From NCBI GenBank assembly GCA_965649765.1, contig OZ287752.1, positions 26,102,001 through 26,166,000 on the forward strand: 64,000 nucleotides of DNA. The letters run 5' to 3'. Below are positions 13,497 through 25,400 of the stretch, piece after piece. How positions within the stretch are numbered: position 1 is the stretch's first letter; every line of letters begins with the position of its first letter. The stretch comes from Bispira polyomma (Eukaryota). Both the position numbers and the translations under genes were made by a program. Under the pieces are notes generated by a model. It was not told the origin of the DNA and searched no databases. It worked only from the letters and a program-made list of their open reading frames with translations.

Positions 13497-16400
13497 GTAG
13501 GTATACACACAGTAAGGGGGGTCACCCTAAATGAAGAAAACAGTCCAATTTTGATGAAAACAGGTCAAATTTGAGACACTTTAATGAAAAATGGGCTGTT
13601 TTCTTCACTTAGGGACACAGCACATTGAAGATGTATTATGATAATATACAAAATGAGAAGATGAATATCTATCTTGCACAATACAAATGTATCAATAATA
13701 ATTTATTTAAAAAAAGTTGAACCCCAATAGTCAGAATTTGTACTATCTGAATATTCAGTTTTATGAACTCTATTTCATTTCTGGTAAGATTATAGGTTCC
13801 GCTCTGTTTTATCCTTAGTTTGTACCTCTTCTATATTAATAACAACTTTAATTACTGGCATAGATTGTCACTCTCCAAGTGAGTGTGGATAACGGGGGCT
13901 ATGAAGAAAGACCCTGTTGCTTTGTAAACCTCTTAAGTTCGATCAGTCATGTATTTTGTTACACAATGAATGTATCCTAAAGGTAAGTTTTCTGCATATC
14001 TGGTTAAGGGCATTATAACATGTGTACACTATAAATTAAGGGCATAGAGTCTAAAGGTTATTTGAGAACATAACCTAGATACTGTGTACATACTTTCTGT
14101 CAGCTTTTAAACCATTCCTCTATATTTTCTACTTTCTATGCTTCCGCAAACATAGTGTGACCAACAGAGGTGGCACAATTAGAAAATGCATGTATGTGTG
14201 ATCAAAATCCTTTAAGTAAAACTCTGATAAGTGGACTTACCTGTTAAGTAAAAGTTATTATAAGGCCCCCTTGCTGCATTTCTAATTGCAATTGACCCTG
14301 TAGTTAAATTTCTGTCAAGTAGAACACTTTTTTCTGGTGCCTTAAGATTTGACCTAATTGACTTATAACGGTTCCACTATATATATGTCGTGACAGAAAA
14401 ACTCCAATCTGACAAGATTTGAAATTCTGTCCATAGAAACTCCAATCCTAGTTTATTCATTACTATGTGCATGATTAATGAGGATTGAAAAATCTTGCTC
14501 TTCTAACGTGTTTGTATAATAAAGGTTCTAATGTATAGCCTATTTTGACTTCTCTCCATTACAGGACTATGACTGAGATTGCCAGTACTGAAAATGTGCT
14601 GCTATTGAAAGTATTCAGATAACAGAGGTCCTACTGTTTAACATACATGACTTCTTTATTCCTATTAATGTACAGGACTGTGGCTGAGATTACCAGTGCT
14701 GAAGATGCTGTGGTATTGAAAGTGTTCCTCCGTGGACATCAGCTCATGTTGATGTCTGGCAGTGATTTAGTCAAAGAACCAGCCTGGATTGTTCCTAGGC
14801 AACAGTGGAACCATGTGACATTACAGGTAAGATCATGTGACATACCAGGATTTGAAGTTATTTAGGTGTGTTTTTAACACACTCCCCTACATATCCCACT
14901 CTGCTACTCTAATATCAGTATATGTGGGCTTTGATAATGAAAGGAGACGCTAAGAACCACTGGGCCATCACGGTCTTGTTTTGATATCATTCAGGCTTGT
15001 TGAAAGTGACCTTGAACCCAACTTAAAGTACAAATGTACATAAAATAATCAATAATGTTTAATGTATATTTTTTAGTACATTTCTACATTTATAAAGTGA
15101 AACTTGTATATAAAACCATCCAAGGGAACCCTCAAAGGTAGCCTTTTTTGATAGGTGGTCTTTTTATATAGAAGTTGAACAGGTAGTCCTTATACATAGG
15201 TGGTCTATGTATAGAGGTGGTCACTTGAGCAGGTTTATGCACTGTACATCTATTTCTTGCAGATCTACGAAGGTACCACATCGTTATTCCTGAATGGCTC
15301 CCTGGTGACTCCCTCCCAGTACGGTGCTACAAGATCAGTCCCTGGATTGACTAATTCTTTTGTCATAGGAGACAGTCACTCAGGTAAAACACAGCAAAAC
15401 TTTTTCTTTCTAAAAGTTCTGGTGTTAAACTCCATACTTTAATTGGACACGGCATAGACAGCCATATCGAAAAGAGTTTATACTACTATCACAGCCTTTT
15501 ACAGTTCAGTGACATCCTTAAGATTCAGCGTTTTGTGTTCATATGCCAAAATCCAACATGGCCGCACTCTGTCCACTAAATTCTAGAATCATTCCAGGGC
15601 ACTTTCAAACCAATAACTAGAAGGGTATTGGTGTGTATACATGCACTAAAATGGCACAGTGCCAAAAAGTAAATTTGTTAATCCACAAATTGTATTGGAT
15701 TCTGGTCTTGGTCCTTACCCGGTCGGCCATCCCTCTACTGGATTTCATGTCAAACTCCTGGTTACTTTTAAACTGACAGGACCAACCAACGGACACGGGT
15801 GAAAACATAACCTCCTTCGAACTCTATTCTTTTTGATATAATCTAATCAAACTTTTATAGCGCTTATTATCTCTTCATCATGGTTAATGCTAAGGCACAT
15901 ATATATCATGTGTATTCTCTGTTTTATCTTGAAATCATTATAATGTGTTTTATTGGGGTATGTTCTTCCAAAGTGAATTGCTAAAAGCCAGGGTAGGGGC
16001 TATTCAAAGGTCTGTAGCTGAGAGGAGTTTCTGACAAAATTCACCAGAATTTATACAATTTACAATTGGCAATCTTATACTGAGACAATATTTATGAACA
16101 GTGGACCTTAAAATTTTTACCAAAACATTGGACATATTAGATTTTACATGACAGAGTAAATATTGTTCTGTACATGGAACACTTCTTACAGTAACAAATT
16201 CACAATGTGTTGTGTATGCTCTCTGTGTGCGCTCTCTACCCAGGTATATAAATGGGTACCTGGCTGCTAGTGTGTGTGTTAGTCTGTGTGTGCCGTATGT
16301 GGCAGCACAGCTTTTATGTTTTCTGAGGGAGCTGAAACTGAACAATTGTTTTGACAAGTAGAAGAACCCAGCTAGCCTGGGGGTGTAAACTGTGTACAGT

Positions 16401-19400
16401 GCTTTGGAAAAAAACTAATTAACCCATATAAAAGCAAATTTACACTTAAATTTATGTCAACCTGTTTAATGTTGTTCACTTGTCTTACACACACAGGAGG
16501 AGAAAGGTTTGTGGGATTTCTAGATAGTATGGACCTTTACTACACGAGTGTCTCAAACAGGTGAGCTTCATCACGGACAATAATGATCAGACAAAGAATA
16601 TTTAGTAAATTTAAATTAGTGTTTAGTAAATTAAACTTAATGTTTAGTAAATTTATATTTAGTAAATTAAAATAATGTTTAGTAAATGTTAAACAGCTAA
16701 AGAAATTATTAGTTTGGCTACATTGATTAACAATTAAATACCTAGTACATGTGTATCATTCTCCTGTTTAACCCCTTTTTGTATCACTACATCTAATACA
16801 TAATTGTTAGCCTTCCCCTTTCTAGGATAAATTGACAACCCCCCCCCCCCCCCACTTTCCCTTTTTGGTAGGTTTACATGTCATAAATAATTTGTTTGTT
16901 TTTTTGTTTTTTTTTTCTCAGGGAAGTGATTGAAATCTTCACGGGTACCTTGCCCGAGACGAGAGTACTTTCCAATTGTCGCTGTAAGTCGGAGTACCCT
17001 GCCTTAAAAGACTCTGATATGTCATTCTGTGTACAAAATGAAGGGGAAGGACAGTCCACCTTGGAAACCTACAGGATAACTAGGTAAGTGTCTGGGACTT
17101 AAGGACTATACCATGACAAACAAGGGGTTTACAGGGGGGAATGTTATGTAGGACCACAAAGGTGAAGTCCAAGAGTGCTAAAATACCCTGTGTATAGCCC
17201 TGGCTTGAAATGGGGAAGTGTCTGTGAATTAAGGACTATACCATGACCAACACAGGGATGCTCGGGGAGGAATGTTACCATGATTGGAGGTGTAGGATCA
17301 CAAAGGTGAGGTTCAAGAGTGGTCAAATTACCTTAATAGCCATGGTTTGGAATAGGTGTCTGTGAATTAAGGACGACTATACCATGATAAACACAGGGAT
17401 GTTCGGGGGAGGAATGTTACCACGATCGAAGGTGTAGGATCACACAGCTGACTTACCTGTATGCCCCTGGTTTTAGAATGGGTTACTCTGATATATTTAA
17501 CATCTCCTTCTTTACTGGGAGAAAACAACTGAAGGAAATCTTTTGGCATGAGGTTACAGATAGCTGAAGTCACTAAAACACACACCACAAACTACTACCA
17601 GCATTCAATAACAACCTCACATACAATTTTTTTGAATGGGGAAGTGTGCTGTACTAACAATTTCCTACTGCAAGGAACTAAAGAAAAATAAAATAATATT
17701 ATGGTGTGTTGACTGCTTCCCGTTAGACATAGGTCCTGGGTGTAACAATTAATTGCCATGCAGTGACTGCTTGTCGACACACATGGGGGGTTGAAAGGCT
17801 TTATATATTACCTAAAAATGTTGCTGCATTTGAAAGTTATTGTATTGTATTATACATGTTTCTGACCAAACTATGTTAAAGAATAACTCTTTGTAAACTC
17901 GTATATTTCAAAACTTGTGGTAGAAAAGGTCCTAGTATTACTGCACAACATTAATTGCTTGTAAAGTTTGTTGTATTCTTTATATATCACCAGGAACTCC
18001 TACCCTATTGAATATGTCAATGATGGTAAACTGGACACACAGTGGATCTCTCAGCCTCCTACAGCCAGTAACAATGCACCCATACAGGAAACCCAGATTG
18101 TCATAGATCTAGAGCAGGAATATGAGGTAAGTACATACTATAGAAGGCCATTCAGTGGAGTGCATATCTCCACTAAGGTGACACAACAGTGTCAAATATT
18201 GTTTTTTTTTGTTTGAAAATCCTGGATCTGCCATTCCAAGCATATCTTCTCCCAAAGTTATAAGGCATTGTCTTCCTAATTAGCCCATGCCCCAGGGTCA
18301 ATTTTCATGTGAAATTTTGGTTCAGTTGTTTTTTGTGTAATCCTGGTGACAAAACAAACAAATTCATTTCACTTTTAACACTATCTTCAAATATGAAGTC
18401 AGATTTTACAAATATGTACTAATTTATCCAGAGGTATTAAAGAATTCAGATTTCAGCTGAGTATATGTTCGATAATATCAGCCTAAAAGTTTAGATAACA
18501 AAGGTAGTACTGTTCTTTGTTCTCCTGTAGGTCAGACATGTCGAGATCAAGTTCTACAGTCCCTACCCTAGTGTGATTACCATAGAGCGGCAGATGTCAG
18601 ACGGCGACAACTTTGAATATTGGCAGTTTTATTCCTCTGATTGTGAATCTTACACTAGTATCCCACCTAATGAAGTCCTCTCATCATCGGACGATGTGAC
18701 GTGCAGGCTCTTAGTAGAGTGAGTATTGTAGTAAGCAGTGTGAATTGTTAGCTTCTGGTGGAGTGAGTATGGCAGTAAACAATGTGAATTGTTAGCTTGT
18801 AGTAGAATGAGAATGGGAGTAATCAATGTGAATTGTTAGCTTCTAGTAGAGTGAGTATGGCAGTAATCAATGTGAAATGTTAGCTTTTATTAGAGTTAGT
18901 ATGGCAGTAATCAATGTGAATTGTTAGCTTCTATTAGAGTTAGTATGGCAGTAATCAATGTGAATTGTTAGCTTCTAGTAGAGTGGGTATGGTTGATATA
19001 AATGAATTTTTGAGCTTCTAACAAAGTGAATATGGTAGACATGAATGTAAATCTTGAGCTTCTAGTAGGGTGGGTATGGTAGTCATAAATATAAATATTG
19101 GCTTCTAGTAGAGTGAGTATGGTAGTTATAAATGTAAATATTGGCTTCTATTAGAGTGAGTATGGTGGGCATAAATGTAAATATTAAGGTTCTAGTAAAG
19201 TGAGTATGGTAAACATAAATGTAAATATTGAGTTTCTAGTAGAGTGAGTATGTTAGCCATAAATGCAATGTTGGGTTCTAGTAGAGTGAGTATGGTAGTC
19301 ATAAATAGAAATGTTGTCTTCTGGTATAGTAAGTATTGTACACATAAATATAGGCTTCAAATAGAGTCAGTACAGTAGACATAAACCCTGGCTTCTAAAA

Positions 19401-22400
19401 TAAAGCCAGTACAGTAAACATAAATGTAAATGCTGGCTTTTAGTAAAGAGAGTACAGTAGATATAAATGTAAATGTATGTGTTTTCAGTTGAACCTGTTA
19501 AGGTAGAACTCTGTTAAGACAATTTAGCCTTTATGTAGATAAACAATTACAGTCGTACAATTGAAAGGCATTTTCTTTAAAATCTGCCCTGTGGTGAAGG
19601 GGAAGTCTTCCTTAAGTAGAGGTATTTCTTGTGGTCCTTGAAGTTCTGCTTAAAGGGGTTTAACTGTATGTGTTACAGTGTTACCCATTTAAATCAGCTC
19701 TAGACAAACCATTTCTCTAAATTTTTACTTTGCTGCTCTAAATCCTGCTTAAACAGAGATATATTTGTCAGTTAAAATCATAGTGCCTTGTTTTAGATAA
19801 TTTTATGATAATTTAGCACAGCTGAAGATGTAAATATTATTGCTATGATTTATTTTAATGTTAAGACACCCCCCACCCCCCCCACCCCCCACCCCCCTAT
19901 CTCCTTGGAAAATGCAACCCCTGGGGCATTTATAACATAACATACAGTATATTTATTCCATTCTAGAGCCAATGAGGTGACCCCTTACACAGATGGGGAG
20001 AAAAAATTTGACCTTCTAAAAGGTCGGCCTGGACAGTCTGTTAGCGGAATGTTCACTCCTCTACTCAGGGACTTCATGAAGGCCAGACGTGTGAGGGTGA
20101 CCTTAAAAGGTCATGAATACGTCTCATTTGCAGAGCATAAATATCACAGTGTGTACGAAATCAAAATAAATGGAACGTAAGTAAATTGTATGGATTTCAT
20201 ATGATGGAAATGAATTAATAAATAACAACTGTTGACAAACCAGACTTATTATTCCTTTGAATACACACTTCAGTTCTTCTTTTAAATATACAGTGGAAAT
20301 TCTATCGTCCAAATTTCTTTTATTCGAATATTTGATTTTATGGCACCAGAGGGATTATTCTGAAGGGATGCTCCAGTTTAACACTCAACTATGACTCACA
20401 TAACTATTATTTAAAATACTAAAGTTATATATTGTGGTCCTTTTTGTTTGATGTACTCAATAAATATCTTTGAGATAAAATCACGACACTTGTATCATCC
20501 GTTTTCTCTTTCTCTAGGTGTGACTGTTCAGGACACGGTGTAGCCTGTGACACTTCTCTGAACCCCTATCAGTGTACCTGTGCTAACGACTCCTACACAC
20601 AGGGACGTCAGTGTGACCAATGCGTGGACAACTCCTACAGATTGCCAGACAAGGACCTCTATGATCCGGATTACTGCCAGCCATGTAACTGTCACTTGGA
20701 CGGAACTGATGGAGCTGATCCGGACTGTAATATTGTAAGTGATGTTACAGTAGTTTTATGTCCTCCAGAAAGTTAGTTATGTTGGTTTATTCATTAGCAG
20801 GATTATGCAAAAAAAATAAGAACTACTTGACTGATTTTAATAGATTAAACTAGGATCATTCGAGCCACTATGTATCTGCTTGTACCTGAGAGCCAAGACT
20901 TAGATCAAACTCAAGTCTTCTGTGTTCTTATGTCAGTGTGTTAGCCACTAGGAAGAGGACTAATCTATATGACCAAATGTAACATAGGGACCAGCCAATA
21001 TCAAATTTAAAGGTCATCAAGATTTTAGGTGATTTAGCCGCATCTTCTTCTCTGTTAGAGGAGTAAACGCAAGTTGTCTTGATAGATTGCTAGGGTTGTA
21101 TTCACAAACATCCTTAGAATGCAATTCGTAGAATTTTCTTAGGCTCGACCAATCAGATTGTTCCAAAATACGCTTTCAGCTCATCAAATTGGTTAAAATA
21201 AAAGACTAAGAATAAGAATCTTTGTGAATACCAGCCCTGGGCATCATTTCTGAGTGTGTTTCTTGTTTATATTAGGGAGAATTAAATCTGCCAAATCACA
21301 TATAAATCCCAATTGAAATACAGTAGAACCTCTATTGTCCGAACTTCTGTTATCAAATATTTAATTTTATTAACACATTTTGACTTTCCCACATTCATGT
21401 TTTCCTATTTCGTTACAATAAAATACCTCTTCTATTTAATGAACCTTCTATTATCCCATTTACTCTCACAACATGTTCTAATAATAGTGGTTCTACTGTA
21501 CTAATGACCAGCCCCAATGCAAGGTGTTCCTTACATTTCAGACTACTGGCCAGTGTAACTGTAAGATGAATGTAGCCGGGCTGATGTGTGACATCTGTTC
21601 ACCTGGACATTTTAACTTATCCAGCTCAAATCCAGAAGGTTGTCAGGCCTGTGACTGTGATATTGAAGGTAAATTATTTCTTTACCGTTTTACCTTTCTT
21701 TACATGTTTGAAACATACTTGTAAAAAAAAGACAATTACTCCACTGAACAACATTTCCAAGAGCAATTCTAACGAAATTTTAACAAGATTTTGCTTACAG
21801 CCAATAAGTGATCCCCCCAAAAAAACAAACAAACAAACACCCTAATGAATTGTTTGAAATTAAGTTTGTAATGAATCATTGACATTTTAATTATGTCCAC
21901 CCCAGTGGGGGTGGACATATTATTTTTGCTTTTTCCGGCGTCCGCCGTCCGTCACGCTTGGTTTCCGGTCATTTTAAGGAAAAGTATTTATTCTATGTTT
22001 ACCAAATTTGGTATGGGTGGTTATTGGGTTAATAGCTTGCATGGGATTGCTTTTGGTGAAGATAGCTCCATAGCTAACTGAGTAATAGCTACTTACTTAC
22101 TTTTATGTACTTCTTTTGTTTTCGGGCATTTTAAGGAAGCATATTTGACATATCTTTACCAAATTTGGTATGAGCAATAGCTAGGTCAATAGCTTGCTTG
22201 GGATTGCTTTTAGTGATAATAGCTATAGAACTGACTGAGTAATAGCTACTTAGCTACTTTGAGTAGCTTTTTTATTTTAAGCATTTCAAAGGAAAACAAT
22301 GTTTTCTAGCTTCACAAAAATTTATATGAAAGAAAATTGTGTCAATAGTTTGGCCAGGATAGCTTTTGGTTGGTGATAGCTTTGTAACTATAGCTAAGTG

Positions 22401-25400
22401 AGTAATAGCTACTTACCTACTTTTGTGTACTCCTTTCGTTTCCGGGCATTTCAAGGAAAAATATTTGACATATCTATACTTTGAGCCTACTCTGAATTGC
22501 ATTTCTGTTTTCACTCTTTTGAAGGAAACATATTTAACTCGTCTTTTTAAATTTGGTATGAAGGTTTATAGCGTCAATTGCTTGCTTGGTATTGTTGTTG
22601 GTGGTAATAGCTTTAACCTCCTGAGTAATAGCTACATAGCAAAAAACATTAATATGTCTATCTCCTAAACCGTGCGAGATAGAGCGATTTCGTCGAAATT
22701 TTCGACCCTGAGGGTATTTAAGCAATGTACTCTTGGCAATTTTGAAAAAAAATTTACTCTCCCCAAAAATGGCGACCATTTTTAATTTTTACCAAAAATG
22801 GAAAAACCTAAATTTGCTTCTATCTTCTTAATCGTGCGAGATAGAGCGATTTTGTCAAAATTTTTGACGCACAGGGTATCTAAGAAATGTACTATAGGCA
22901 ATTTTCAAAAAAAATTCCTCTCCCCAAAAATGGCGGCCATTTTAAATTTTCAAATTTTTGCCAAAACTGGAAAAACACAAATTTATTTCTATTTCCTTAA
23001 CCGTGCGAGAAAGAGCGATTTCGTTGAAATTTTAGACCCACAGGGTATCTAATCAATGTACTCTTGGCAATTTTTAAAAAGTTTTCCTCTCCCCAAAAAT
23101 GGCGGCCATTTTGATTTTTCGAATTTTTGCCAAAAAAAACAAAACAGTCCTGTAAGACTACTGTGCAATTGTTCGAAAAGGTTCATGGGGTGGACATTAC
23201 ACATACTCTTAACAGGGCGTCCTATTTCTAGTTGTCATTTAATTTTATTTTACCACAAAATATCCCGGAAACCAAAATTTATACCCATAATCAAAAGAAG
23301 AAACTATCCCATTCCCAATGGTACATTTTATACTCTTATATAATGTGTACAATAGGAGTGTAACAACCCAGTCTGTTATTGATGCATTTCCATTTATATA
23401 TTATAAGTGCAACCCTGTGTGCATTTATAATTGATAATTTTTGTAACAACCCAGTAAATGTTATTTAGTTTATTCCATTGGTCTATACATTATAAGTGCA
23501 ACATTTTGCTCATTTATTGATTTTTTTACCGCACAGTTGTTTATGGTTGTCAGTGTATTAATGTGCTTGCTCTTTTCTTGTAAAATCCACCCTGTTGTGT
23601 GGAAATTTCTCATTAAGTGGAGGTATTTATTCTGGTTCCTTGAGGTTTTAATTAAAGGGGTTCAACTGTATAAATAATTGAAATGAATTTTAGTGCAAAT
23701 GTAAACTTAGCCTACGCTTCCTTTCAGCCGACCACGACATAGGCCGATTTATTAACATTTAAGCTGTTTCCATGTCTGCCAATGTAGTGCTTTCTTTCAT
23801 CCAATATGTGATGAATATTCATTGGATGTTGATGGTCAAACAGTGTGAGAAAGCAATTTTTTTCGCTCCCAGACCGATAACATCTAAAGTTAGAAGAAGC
23901 ATCTGCCGACATGAGATCGGATATGACAAAAATCAGATGAAAGGAAGCACTTTATCATAACATCAAATAGTGACGGATAAATTTGGCCGACATCGGCCAG
24001 CAAAAATCGGCTAAAACGAAGCGTAAGCTGAGAGCTGTTTTTAATTTTTTATACTGTTTTTTTAAACTTTAGGTGTGTACAATATGAGTGCAATGTGCCA
24101 TGAATTAACTGGACAATGTCAGTGCAAGGACAACGTGGAGGGAGATCGTTGTGAGAGGTACAATAGTAGTTTCTATATCTGAGAAATAATATTTTTATCA
24201 GGCACAGCCTGGTGCCATTAAAAAAGGCGCTGCCATCTTAGAAGTAATATGTAAGGCCTTCATGGATTGGTTGGAAGCAATCCACCTGTCCAAACTGAGA
24301 GGTGTCAGATTTATAGTATCAGACACAGCCACCATGTTGGAAAATATATTTAAGGCCACAATGGATTTGTTGGACTGAGGGGTGTCAGTCACAATGTACA
24401 CCAATGTGTTTTTGAAAAGACAACTACTTAACACAATCCCATGGATATGCTTTTAAAAATGTATATAAAAGTAAGATTAATAATTCCAGTGGTGAGAGGA
24501 TGCAAACATAGAGTGTTTTGCATCCTATTTATTGAAACGCAAGAACTAATTCATTAAGATGGTATTGTGACCTGGTTTCTGAGATGACATTATAATAAAC
24601 ACTGCATCTCATTAGGGTGTTTTTGACCAAGTCCCTTTTTGTGGTAGTTTGTAACACTACAAGGGCGGTCGTAATAGTGTCTGGGTCATAATATTGGCCG
24701 ACGCACGTTTTAATGTATGAAACGTAGATTTCTCAAAAATTAAATATATTATTCTGTAATTTAATTCACAGGTATAAAGTAGCATGTGTTTTCAATATTG
24801 ATTTCCGTCAGTAAGGGTGAAAGAGAGTTGCGCCCCTTGCCGCCGGACGCTACAGGTTGGGTTAACACCCCCGTCTGGTTGCTTTTTCATTAACCAGCTG
24901 TTAACGCCACTACCCTTACGACCTTGCTATGCCCATGGACTTTATGATTGGATCACTGATTCTGCTGTTGCGCTTTAGAAGATGCTTTAGAAGATGCCAT
25001 TATTATGACCTGGACATTATTCTGACCACCCGTGTAATAGCTGTAAAGTTGACCACTGTGTTTTATCATTTATATATAGCTGTAAAGTTAATCACCATAT
25101 GGTTTGTGTTTCATACATACAGCTGTAAAGTTGAGCATTGTATTTTGTATTTCTTATATAGCTGTAAGGTTGAGCACTACAGTCTATCAGAAGATAACCC
25201 CCTGGGCTGTACACCATGTGATTGTCATCCCTCGGGGGTCAAGGACAGTCGCACCGATTGTGATCTCAATACAGGACAGTGTCTCTGTAAAACTTTAGCT
25301 ACAGGTATGATATGATAAATTTGAACTTGTACCTGCTTTGTGACTGTATACATGGCGTACAGTTACGTTAATTGATTCAACACTTTAAAAAAGACTACAT

